Below, piece after piece: positions 16,849 to 25,046 of a DNA stretch of 32,000 bases. The notes under the pieces are model-generated. The model searched no databases and was not told the origin of the DNA. It worked only from the letters and a program-made list of their open reading frames with translations. The translations under genes were made by a program, and so were the position numbers. Source of the DNA: an uncultured archaeon. GTDB taxonomy: Archaea; Asgardarchaeota; Thorarchaeia; Thorarchaeales; CAZPUN01. The stretch is taken from the NCBI GenBank assembly GCA_964589775.1, contig CAZPUN010000009.1, positions 1 through 32,000 on the forward strand. The letters are read 5' to 3'. Numbering within the stretch: position 1 is the stretch's first letter; every line of letters starts with the position of its first letter.

Positions 16849-18227
16849 TTTAGTGCCTCCTTTAGGGTCTCAATATATCGTTCAATATCTTCTTTTGTAT
16901 GTACTTCTGAGACATACACTAGAACTGATTCCCCTATATCATACATTTTGCTAAGATTTATACCGCCTAAAATTCCATTCTTATGCATTTTATCCAATAT
17001 ATCTTCAGCTTTCTTTCCGGTATCATCAAAATTCATTACAAATTCTTGGAAATGAAATCCTTCAAAATATGGTACTTTTATACCTTTGATTTCGTCTAGT
17101 TTTTTCATAGCATATGCTGTGTTTGTTGCAATTGTCTCTGCAAGCTTTGTTATTCCCGTTTTTCCCAATGTTGCGATATACATCGCAGCAATAACCGCCA
17201 TTAATGCTTCATTTGAACAAATATTTGATGTTGCGCGTTCTCTTCTGATGTGTTGTTCGCGTGGTTGTAGTGTCATAACAAAAGCTATCTCTTTTTCATC
17301 TTTTGTGGTTGTTAGACCTATTAATCTGCCTGGTAATTGGCGTTGAAACTTCTTATTATCCTTAACTGCAAAAATTCCAAGTTGCGGACCACCAAAGCTC
17401 ATGGGCGCACCTAATGTTTGACCTTCTGCTATTGCAATATCTGCGCCATAGCTTCCTGGAGATCTAATAATCCCTAATGAAATCGGATCTACACCTACAA
17501 CGAACATTGATTTATTTGTATGGACAATTTCTTCAATTTCATCGACTTGTTCTTCTAAAACTCCAAAATAGTTTGGCGTTTGAATGTATACACCTGCTGT
17601 ATTTGTATCAATTTCTTTCTTTAATGCGTCGATTGAGATCATGCTTGTTTTTCTATCATATGGTATTTTTACAATTTCAATATTATGTGGTTCTGTATAT
17701 GTTATCAATGTTTCAATGTGCTGTGGATTTATGTTATCTGGAATTATAAATTTCTTTCTTCGGGTTACTCTGACAGTCATTAGTGCAGCTTCTGCTAATG
17801 CTGAAGCCATATCATACATTGAAGCATTAACAATATCCATTTCAAATAATTCTGCCACTAAACTTTGATATTCATACAATGTTTGTAGCATGCCTTGTGA
17901 GATTTCTGGTTGGTATGGTGTATACGCAGTTACAAACTCGCCTCGGGAGCTTAATGCTTTTACAACTGCAGGAATATAATGTTCGTATGCTCCCGCCCCC
18001 ATGAAATTTCTACCATTTGTATAGGTTTTATTCTTAGATAAAATATTTAGAATGTGCTTGTATATTTCATATTCTGATTTAACATGGGGAATGTTTAATG
18101 GACGTTTTAATCTGAATTTTTCAGGAATATCTGAATATAGATCATCAATGCTGTTTAATCCTAATTCTTTCAGCATTGATTTTTTCACTTCTTCAGAATT
18201 TGGTATATACGGATGGATGTATCCCAT
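16845..18227 (-). CDS. gcvPA: Glycine dehydrogenase (decarboxylating) subunit 1
   Basis: Motifs [30 protein letters not shown] and [17 protein letters not shown]; 4-nt overlap with gcvPB. Confidence 0.97.
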   Translation of the reverse strand: MGYIHPYIPNSEEVKKSMLKELGLNSIDDLYSDIPEKFRLKRPLNIPHVKSEYEIYKHILNILSKNKTYTNGRNFMGAGAYEHYIPAVVKALSSRGEFVTAYTPYQPEISQGMLQTLYEYQSLVAELFEMDIVNASMYDMASALAEAALMTVRVTRRKKFIIPDNINPQHIETLITYTEPHNIEIVKIPYDRKTSMISIDALKKEIDTNTAGVYIQTPNYFGVLEEQVDEIEEIVHTNKSMFVVGVDPISLGIIRSPGSYGADIAIAEGQTLGAPMSFGGPQLGIFAVKDNKKFQRQLPGRLIGLTTTKDEKEIAFVMTLQPREQHIRRERATSNICSNEALMAVIAAMYIATLGKTGITKLAETIATNTAYAMKKLDEIKGIKVPYFEGFHFQEFVMNFDDTGKKAEDILDKMHKNGILGGINLSKMYDIGESVLVYVSEVHTKEDIERYIETLKEALK

Positions 18228-18320
18228 AATCGCACCTTCTGGTTCGTGTCTTGTTTCAAATTCTTTGCTATATACTTAAAAACTTTAAGAGATATACCGT
18301 TATTGTTTATGTGTTGGTGA

Positions 18321-18683
18321 TTGCCCATGAAGGAATGGTTGCTTGATGTCATTGTTTGTCCAGATCCTGAATGTAGATCAAAATTAAATATTGAAGTATT
18401 TGTCGAACACGAAATTGATGGTGTTAAGGAGATCGATGAGGCACTATTAACATGTCCTTCATGTGGTCGTTGGTATCCTATTATCAATGGTATTGTGTGT
18501 TTATTACCCGATGAGGATCGAATGGAACCATCTCAATATCAACGTGAGATGCGATTTTTGAAAAGATGGAAAGAAAAGATTCCCGCAAGTATATTAGAAC
18601 ATGGAAAACCGTTTGGGTATTCTGAACCTGAGGACTGGGAAGAATCCGAGGATACTACACCCGATGAATTTATTGATGAATAA
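18321..18683 (+). CDS. trm112: Trm112-family methyltransferase activator with acidic tail
   Basis: MKEWLLDVIVCP...EIDEALLTCPSCGRWYPIINGIVCLLPDE. The start may be ATG 18327. Confidence 0.87.
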   Translation: MPMKEWLLDVIVCPDPECRSKLNIEVFVEHEIDGVKEIDEALLTCPSCGRWYPIINGIVCLLPDEDRMEPSQYQREMRFLKRWKEKIPASILEHGKPFGYSEPEDWEESEDTTPDEFIDE

Positions 18684-18741
18684 TTTTGAATCAAGCATAA
18701 AATTTATGAACATTGTTTTATTAAAAAAACATAAAGAATAT

Positions 18742-18852
18742 GTCGGAGTAGCCAAGTGGCCTACGGCGCTGGTCTGGAGCGCCCCAATTTTGGGCACATA
18801 AAACCAGTATCCCTTGCGGGATTCGGGAGTTCAAATCTCCCCTCCGACGCCA
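18742..18852 (+). tRNA. tRNA-Ser(GGA) with 22-nt intron at 37/38 (18780-18801); CCA encoded
   Basis: Acceptor GTCGGAG/CTCCGAC with G73, anticodon stem CTGGT/ACCAG, long variable arm ATCCC/GGGAT, intron stem GCCC/GGGC. Confidence 0.92.
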
Positions 18853-18859
18853 TCTATTT

Positions 18860-19903
18860 CTATGTGCCTGTAAAACCTGCAAATGATTCTTTGCTAATTT
18901 CTCCTGTATATGATGTGTACAACTCTCGTTTAATTTCTTCGGGATCTTTAGTGTGTCCTAATATCCACATTAGTTTTGTAACGGCAGCTTCGGAAGTCAT
19001 ATCATATCCTGAAAGTGCGCCAGCTTCAATTATCTTTTTTCCTACTTCATATACTGGTTCTGCTTGTCCGTATGGGCATTGTGTTGTAATTACAACTGTA
19101 ATTCCATCTTTAACTATTTTCTTTATAGTTGGCAATAATGAATTCTCGTAAATTGGAACATTTCCCGAGCCAAAGCCCTCTATTACAATTGCTTTATACC
19201 CTTCATTAACAATTGCTTCGATGATTGATGGTTTCATTCCCGGGAATAATCTGAGTAAAAATACACTTTCATCGAGATTTGTATCTAAAACGGGTTTATT
19301 TTTACTTCTATGTACATGACTGCTATATAGAAAGATACTACGCCCAAGAAATCCCAAAGGTGCGGGATCCATAGTATCAAAAGCGTCAAATGCACGTTCT
19401 CTAATTTTTCTAGCTCGTGTAGCTCTATGGATTTCACCGTTAAATGCTATGACTACTTCACCTAAATCAGCCTTTGCTGCAATTCTAACTGCATCAGCCA
19501 AATTCCTAAATGCATCACTCCATGGATATACCGCAGGAATTTGGGAGCCTGTAAATACAATGGGCTTGCCCAAATTTTGCAACATAAATGCTACTGCTGA
19601 TGCGGAATATGCCATTGTATCTGTACCATGTGCCACAACAATACCGTCTACATCATCATATATCTTATATGCTTCTTCAGCAATTATTTTCCAGTGTTTT
19701 GGTTGGATATTTGATGAATCTAATGCTAATATGCTCTTACTTTGTATATCTATATCAAAAGCTTTAGTAGCCAAAATTGTAATCATATCATCTAAAGTTG
19801 CAGTGGGTCTAAATGCGCCTTCTTCATTATCATATAGGCTTGCAATTGTACCTCCTGTCAATAGTAACCCTACAGTATATTTTTGGCCTACCATATTTTT
19901 CAC
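18860..19903 (-). CDS. ansA: Type I L-asparaginase (AnsA/GatD catalytic fold without the GatD N-terminal domain)
   Basis: Motifs TGGTIAS, DSSNI, HGTDTMAY, FTGSQ, GFGSGN, TTQC and DMTSEAA. Confidence 0.85.
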   Translation of the reverse strand: MKNMVGQKYTVGLLLTGGTIASLYDNEEGAFRPTATLDDMITILATKAFDIDIQSKSILALDSSNIQPKHWKIIAEEAYKIYDDVDGIVVAHGTDTMAYSASAVAFMLQNLGKPIVFTGSQIPAVYPWSDAFRNLADAVRIAAKADLGEVVIAFNGEIHRATRARKIRERAFDAFDTMDPAPLGFLGRSIFLYSSHVHRSKNKPVLDTNLDESVFLLRLFPGMKPSIIEAIVNEGYKAIVIEGFGSGNVPIYENSLLPTIKKIVKDGITVVITTQCPYGQAEPVYEVGKKIIEAGALSGYDMTSEAAVTKLMWILGHTKDPEEIKRELYTSYTGEISKESFAGFTGT

Positions 19904-21213
19904 TCAAACCATTTTTCTATTATTTTTACCAGAACTGACTCATTATTTCGACTTAATCGTTCTATGGGTCTAGTAAGATGTCTTTGTGCTCTTGGTGGTG
20001 GAATATATATCCCAACCTTTACATTTCTTTCTATTGGTACTTTAATTTTCTGTATCTCTTTTATGCGAAATCCACAATTTTTACATTTGTATCCTTTATT
20101 GCTACCTGCACTTTTCAATCTTTTACCACATTTTGGGCAAATTGGATTTTGATATTTATATTTTTTAGCCAAATACAAAATATCTAATCTTTCTACATTA
20201 AGAGTAATTGGATGATTACTTGAAGCTGGTTTAATTCCTCCATAAATTCGGACAAAGTCATTTTTCGTTAGTTGCATTATGATCTTTCTAAAATCACCAC
20301 TTGGTTCATATGCCATACATTCAATGGTTCCTGTATTGTCTTCAAGAAGAAAATTTACATGTCCTCCTTCAATAATTCTTGGGGTTGCTTTAATTATTCC
20401 TTCTGCTATATGTGGTCTATATGGTCGTGCTTCTGTAATTGGTTTAATTTTTTTCAAATGTTCGCCAGTGCCTTGATTGGATCGAAAAATCATCCATGAG
20501 GAGATTGGTGGTGTAGATATTATTTCATGCATTGCATTAACTAAGATTTCTGGGTCTTCGCCTCGAATTCCATATATTACAGGATCTGGACCATGTGGGG
20601 TAATTAATAACGTATGTGTTTTATAGTCAATATTTGCAAAAATATAGTTGTGGTATTTTTTATCGATCTTAACTACTGAATTGAAATCTACATTTCGTAC
20701 ACGATCATGCTCTTTTATATCTCTATATGTAATAAGTTCGTAAGTATAATCCCCCTTTAGCTGATTTCCTATTGCCGATAATCCTCCAATAAGCCCTCTC
20801 ATTTTTCCATAACCATAGTATTCTAAGTTTAGTCGTTCAATAAGATTACGTGCTAGTTTTACTGGAATAACCTCTTCCAGTGCTTTTCTGCTAAACCATT
20901 TGATTTGTTCGGGTATATTGTTCTCTACAAAAACAAGTCCTGGATTTGTATTTTTGTAGTTTTTGTCATAGTATGTATCAAATATATGAATTATTTTTTC
21001 TTTAATTCTGTCTGGATTTTTTGTTATGAATCTGAGTGCTACTGCACCATTTCCTCTTGTTCTGTAGGGTATATTTGGATTTAGGCGTATCAGATTTGGA
21101 TAATCTAAAAACTCAACATCATTCCATATTTGTTTTACAATCGTATACCCGAGATGTGTTGTGCAGCCTCCTTTTGGTGAATCTGTATCATCAATGCCCA
21201 TATGTATTATCAT
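19900..21213 (-). CDS. tiaS: tRNA(Ile2) agmatinylcytidine synthase
   Basis: Motifs GIDDTDS..GCTT, LIRLNPNIPYRTRGNGA, PHGPDPVIYGIRG, SNQGT, AYEPSG, Zn ribbon CPKC..CKNC and RHLTRP. Confidence 0.95.
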   Translation of the reverse strand: MIIHMGIDDTDSPKGGCTTHLGYTIVKQIWNDVEFLDYPNLIRLNPNIPYRTRGNGAVALRFITKNPDRIKEKIIHIFDTYYDKNYKNTNPGLVFVENNIPEQIKWFSRKALEEVIPVKLARNLIERLNLEYYGYGKMRGLIGGLSAIGNQLKGDYTYELITYRDIKEHDRVRNVDFNSVVKIDKKYHNYIFANIDYKTHTLLITPHGPDPVIYGIRGEDPEILVNAMHEIISTPPISSWMIFRSNQGTGEHLKKIKPITEARPYRPHIAEGIIKATPRIIEGGHVNFLLEDNTGTIECMAYEPSGDFRKIIMQLTKNDFVRIYGGIKPASSNHPITLNVERLDILYLAKKYKYQNPICPKCGKRLKSAGSNKGYKCKNCGFRIKEIQKIKVPIERNVKVGIYIPPPRAQRHLTRPIERLSRNNESVLVKIIEKWFE

Positions 21214-21491
21214 GTATTATCAACTCGCCTGTTATGATAACAATCTTTGCAAATAGTTGATTCGCCTTCTTTTATACTGCAATCTTCGCAAACTAGTCTA
21301 CCACAAATATTGCAAGCTCTACTAGAGAGATTTTTATTGCATATCTGACACAATGCATCTTTACAAACTGAACATATTTGTTGATCTATATCATAGCAAA
21401 TATTACATACTTTTGCTCCACAAATCTTACATGTATGAGTAGCTATATTTTGCTCGCAAATTTCACATAACGTTTCACTCTTAAGCATCAC
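21210..21491 (-). CDS. Small Cys-rich protein with two tandem 4xCxxC (B-box-like) Zn modules
   Basis: Eight CxxC motifs in two similar halves; ATGA overlap with tiaS; SD GAGGT upstream. Confidence 0.75.
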   Translation of the reverse strand: MMLKSETLCEICEQNIATHTCKICGAKVCNICYDIDQQICSVCKDALCQICNKNLSSRACNICGRLVCEDCSIKEGESTICKDCYHNRRVDNT

Positions 21492-21566
21492 GTATGTTAC
21501 CTCATCTTGTATACAACATAGGGATGTTATTTAGACTATCGATATTGACCTATGGAGTAAATTAAA

Positions 21567-22151
21567 TTGGCACATCATGTAAAACAATTAAGCTCATGCA
21601 AATGTGAGCCAGTTCGTATTATTATTTTTCATGCAAATCAGTGTGATCCAAAAAAATGTACTGCATTACGTTTACATAGATTAAATATGGCAAATATCGT
21701 ACATAATATGTATCGGTGGTCTTCCTCATCGATTGTTCTTAATCCAATTGCTTCTCATATTATCTCAAAAAGTGATTCTAATAATATGCTAAATAATGGT
21801 CTAGTCGCCTTAGATTGTTCTTGGAAAACTGCAGAACCATTTTTCAAAAGAAAAAGTAAAGGTATTCATAGACGTCTCCCATGGCTTGTAGCTGCAAATC
21901 CTATTAATTATGGTAAACCGATTAGGCTAAGTACTGCTGAAGCTCTTGCTGCTGCTCTTTGGATTGCAGGATTCATTGATGAATCTATAGAAGTTATGAA
22001 CAAATTCAAATGGGGTCATGCATTTTTTATGTTAAATCAAAAATATTTGGAAAAATATGCGAGATGTACTAATTCTGATGAGATAAAGCAGGCTGAAGAT
22101 GAGATTTTAAGTTCCTTGATGTCTGGAAAAGAAAAACGAAAGCATCAATAA
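21567..22151 (+). CDS. tsr3: SSU rRNA aminocarboxypropyltransferase Tsr3 (DUF367)
   Basis: Motifs QCDPKKCT, LDCSW, RRLPWLVAANPINYG, LSTAEALAAAL and FKWGHAF. Confidence 0.94.
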   Translation: MAHHVKQLSSCKCEPVRIIIFHANQCDPKKCTALRLHRLNMANIVHNMYRWSSSSIVLNPIASHIISKSDSNNMLNNGLVALDCSWKTAEPFFKRKSKGIHRRLPWLVAANPINYGKPIRLSTAEALAAALWIAGFIDESIEVMNKFKWGHAFFMLNQKYLEKYARCTNSDEIKQAEDEILSSLMSGKEKRKHQ

Positions 22152-22158
22152 TCGTAAA

Positions 22159-22512
22159 TGTCGAGCCCAATCTGGCGAGTACCTCTTCTTTTGTTACGGG
22201 TATATCGTCACCAATATACCCCTCGCGGCATTAGACTAAGCGTCCCACCCGCTGCCTCAGCCAGGTCATCATCGGCAGTCAATTTGGACTTGCTCCCATG
22301 GGGCCGAGTCGTTTCAACGGTTCCTTAGAAGTCCTCGACAGAGCGCACATGGCTCCCTGTCTCATCGTCATCTCTTCTAAGGTCGTGTCGTTTCTTGTCT
22401 CGGCTTAAGGCTCTCGCCTTGTGGCTCACGCCACACCACTCCTGGAGGGAGGAAGAAAGTTCCTCAGTGTCATGAAGACACCGGAAGCCGCTCTGCCACT
22501 TTGGGCTCGACA
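22159..22512 (-). ncRNA. rnpB: RNase P RNA
   Basis: GC-rich island closed by a 12-bp terminal helix (TGTCGAGCCCAA/TTGGGCTCGACA). The minus strand has CR-I GAGGAA, AGAAACGA, TGAAAC, GGAGCAAG and CR-V ACAAAA...TA. The P4 halves are complementary, and there is a K-loop (CTGCC-GATGA...CTGA-GGCAG) at 22252-22278. Confidence 0.9.
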
Positions 22513-22576
22513 AATAAATACTTAACCTAAATTCTTATAGTATTTTCTAATAATCAAATATTTGTTAGGTTATATA

Positions 22577-23602
22577 ATGGATGGCACGGCAATGACCCAA
22601 AAAAAGCTTCCTGCGGATAAAGAACGCACATTAATTGAAAAGGCAATTGCTAGTACAGATCCTAATTACGGAATTGGATCTCCTGAATCGCGTTCTATTG
22701 AATACTTGCTTAAGAATGGCCTTGTATTACTAGACAAACCTGCGGGTCCAACAAGTCATGAGGTTGTATCTTGGGTGAAACGCATATTGAATTTATCTAA
22801 GGCAGGGCATAGTGGTACATTGGATCCAAATGTAACTGGGCTTTTACCAATTGCGCTAGAAAATGCTACAAAGATTCTTCATGCGCTTTTGCCTGCAGGA
22901 AAAGAATATGTATGTCTAATGAAATTACATGATGAAGTTGAGCCTGAACGCATTCGTGAGGTTGTATCCGAATTTACCGGTCCAATTTATCAAAAGCCTC
23001 CTCTAAAATCGTCTGTTAAAAAAGTTCTAAGAATTAGAAAAATCTATTATAACGAAATTTTAGAGATTGATGGGAAATTTGTATTAATGCGAACCGGTTG
23101 TCAAGCTGGTACGTACATGCGAAAGCTCTGCCATGATATTGGTGAAGTTCTTGGCTGTGGTGCTAATATGCAAGAGCTTCGCAGGACTCGTGTTGGTCCA
23201 TTTAAAGAAGACGAGCATCTTGTTTCTTTGCAGGATCTATTAGATGCATATATTTTCTGGAAAGAAGATGGTGATGAGACCGAAATTCGTAAGTATCTTC
23301 TTCCAATTGAGTATGCCGTATCGCATCTTCCTCATATATATATTCGCGACAATGCAGTTAATGCAATATGTCATGGTGCAGATTTGGCAGCACAAGGCGT
23401 TGTAAAATTGCACGATGATATTACAAAGAAATCAATTGTTGCTATTATGACTTTGAAAAATGAATTAGTCGCATTGGGTCAAGCATTAATGTCTAGTCAG
23501 CAAATTTTTCGTGCAAAAAGTGGAATTGTTGTTAAAACTGAACGTGTTATTATGCCTAGAAATGTTTATCCTAAAATGTGGTCTTCACGCACTGAAAATT
23601 AA
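22577..23602 (+). CDS. cbf5: H/ACA RNA-guided pseudouridine synthase Cbf5 (TruB plus PUA)
   Basis: Motifs LDKPAGPTSHEV, GHSGTLDPNVTG, IYQKPP, GTYMRKLCHDIG and MQELRRTRVG, plus a PUA domain. The start is probably ATG 22577 or 22592. Confidence 0.96.
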   Translation: MDGTAMTQKKLPADKERTLIEKAIASTDPNYGIGSPESRSIEYLLKNGLVLLDKPAGPTSHEVVSWVKRILNLSKAGHSGTLDPNVTGLLPIALENATKILHALLPAGKEYVCLMKLHDEVEPERIREVVSEFTGPIYQKPPLKSSVKKVLRIRKIYYNEILEIDGKFVLMRTGCQAGTYMRKLCHDIGEVLGCGANMQELRRTRVGPFKEDEHLVSLQDLLDAYIFWKEDGDETEIRKYLLPIEYAVSHLPHIYIRDNAVNAICHGADLAAQGVVKLHDDITKKSIVAIMTLKNELVALGQALMSSQQIFRAKSGIVVKTERVIMPRNVYPKMWSSRTEN

Positions 23603-23608
23603 GGTTTT

Positions 23609-23635
23609 GAGTAGGCGCCAAAAGGCGCTTTACTC
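23609..23635. terminator. Hairpin between convergent cbf5 and rpl14e
   Basis: GAGTA-GGCGCC-aaaa-GGCGCT-t-TACTC. Confidence 0.5.
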
Positions 23636-23641
23636 TATAAT

Positions 23642-23733
23642 TACATGTTCTCGTATAAAATTAGTCAGTCCTTCAGACTCTAATACGTACATGTTCTCGC
23701 ATAAACTCAGTCAGTCCTTCAGACTCTAATACG
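23642..23733. repeat. 46-bp tandem duplication (2 copies, 3 mismatches) spanning the 3' end of rpl14e
   Basis: tacatgttctcgTataaaATtagtcagtccttcagactctaatacg (23642-23687) versus tacatgttctcgCataaaCTcagtcagtccttcagactctaatacg (23688-23733). Confidence 0.95.
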
Positions 23734-23957
23734 TCTAGAAGAGTTTCGTCATCGATGCCTTCATCGATTTCAATGACTTTTCGTGTGGGTTCTAGATGTC
23801 TAATGTTGCATCTTCGGCGTCTTACACCTGTTAGTGATTTTGGTCCTGTAATGATAACGTAATTGTCATCATCATCTCTTTCAACGATTATGCATTTTCT
23901 ACCGGCTTCGCGTCCGTATGTTTTTACGCAAATTCTGCCAATGTCCATAATATTCAT
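23673..23957 (-). CDS. rpl14e: 50S ribosomal protein L14e
   Basis: IGRICVKTYGREAGRKCIIV...ITGPKSLTGVRRRRCNIRHLEPT; strong SD GGAGGT. Confidence 0.96.
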   Translation of the reverse strand: MNIMDIGRICVKTYGREAGRKCIIVERDDDDNYVIITGPKSLTGVRRRRCNIRHLEPTRKVIEIDEGIDDETLLDVLESEGLTEFMREHVRIRV

Positions 23958-24023
23958 TTGAATTTATACCTCCTTCTTTGGTCGATACCCAAGTCACCTC
24001 GGGCTGTCACCCCGCCGAGAGTC

Positions 24024-24047
24024 AGAACTATAATACTTAATAGTTCT
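24024..24047. promoter_or_regulatory. Perfect 8-bp inverted repeat bracketing a TATA-like core upstream of rpl14e
   Basis: AGAACTAT-aatactta-ATAGTTCT; the minus strand reads TTAAGTA within the centre. Confidence 0.4.
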
Positions 24048-24094
24048 CACTTTACGAGGTCTATTGCTGCTTTTGACAAAATTATTGAAAAGTG

Positions 24095-24646
24095 TTATTG
24101 TTTGGTCTTTCTTTTCGATTTCAATACTTCTTTTGCAGCAGTAATTACCATCTTCTGTACTGATTCCAATGAAAAATTGTCTGTTCGTATTATTATATCA
24201 TATATGCTTAAATCATCAACATTTATGTTATACAATTTTTTGAATCTGAATCGCTCGCTATTTTCTCGAGATGTTGTTTCTAAATATGCTTCTTCATATG
24301 TTACGTTATCTCTTTTTGAAATACGTTGTACGCGTGTTTCCATTTTTGCAGTTAGTAGTATCTTTAGATCCGCGATATCTTTTGTAAACCAACAACTTAA
24401 TCTTGCATCCAGAACAACGTTTCCTTTCTTTGCATATTCTATTAATCTATCATCGATCATCTTATCTATCTCTGGATGCTTTTCTACATAGTCTGAAAAT
24501 TCAGCTAATGTCATATTATGTTCTTTTGCCATTTTTCTAAATATCATTCCTGATGATACATACTCTAAAGAGAAAAATTCTGCAAGAGCTTTTGCACATG
24601 CGCTCTTGCCTACTCCGTGTTCCCCACTTATGGAAAAAATTGGCAT
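24095..24646 (-). CDS. cmk: Cytidylate kinase (archaeal type)
   Basis: P-loop SGEHGVGKS, SSGMIFRKMAKE, IDKMIDD and VLDARL; conserved rpl34e-cmk-rpl14e order. Confidence 0.92.
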   Translation of the reverse strand: MPIFSISGEHGVGKSACAKALAEFFSLEYVSSGMIFRKMAKEHNMTLAEFSDYVEKHPEIDKMIDDRLIEYAKKGNVVLDARLSCWFTKDIADLKILLTAKMETRVQRISKRDNVTYEEAYLETTSRENSERFRFKKLYNINVDDLSIYDIIIRTDNFSLESVQKMVITAAKEVLKSKRKTKQ

Positions 24647-24663
24647 TTTTTATCATCCTTGTT

Positions 24664-24936
24664 TTATTCCATTTGTTGTACTGCAGCGGCTAACTTATTT
24701 CGTAAGCATTGTATACAAAGATATCCGCCATAATATCTATTTGGTCTCTTTTTGCTCTTTGAAAGTTTTTTAAATCTGTAGTTATCATAGTTTCGTACGC
24801 CACCCAATGGTTTGCCACATACTGCGCATCTTGCAACTGATGATCTGAACTTTATGAAGTGTCGATTATATCGTTTTCCTGGAGTTTTCTTAATTTGTAC
24901 ATGACCTTTTCTTGATATTTGTGATTTTGTAGGCAT
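24664..24936 (-). CDS. rpl34e: 50S ribosomal protein L34e
   Basis: Motifs KTPG, ARCAVCGKPLGGV and SKSKKRPNRYYGGYLCIQC. The start is moved to ATG 24936, which has SD GGAGGT upstream. Confidence 0.94.
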   Translation of the reverse strand: MPTKSQISRKGHVQIKKTPGKRYNRHFIKFRSSVARCAVCGKPLGGVRNYDNYRFKKLSKSKKRPNRYYGGYLCIQCLRNKLAAAVQQME

Positions 24937-25046
24937 ATTATAAACCTCCAAGAAATATTTCTTATAGATTATTCATTGGTGTTTTATTTTAATATTTATC
25001 GGATTTTGAAAAATAAAAGAAAAATAAAAAAAGAATTTTTAATCTA

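Noticed and set aside
18756-19151. 131-aa plus-strand ORF, and the ORFs at 18594-18797 and 18601-18801
   Set aside because: They overlap tRNA-Ser and either trm112 or the antisense strand of the asparaginase, and show no recognisable motifs.
18860-19903. GatD (Glu-tRNA(Gln) amidotransferase subunit D) assignment
   Set aside because: It lacks the N-terminal GatD domain and no gatE is adjacent; the size fits a plain type I asparaginase.
22159-22512. MITE interpretation of the 12-bp terminal inverted repeat
   Set aside because: Internal RNase P conserved regions explain it as helix P1, and there is no target-site duplication.
22325-22513. 62-aa minus-strand ORF
   Set aside because: It lies wholly within the RNase P RNA.
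23642-23733. CRISPR-like repeat
   Set aside because: There are two directly adjacent copies with no spacer, derived from coding sequence, and no cas genes.
23996-24020. GGCGGGGTGA resembling the start of an FMN riboswitch
   Set aside because: The remaining conserved FMN elements are missing, the region is too short, and the downstream gene is unrelated.
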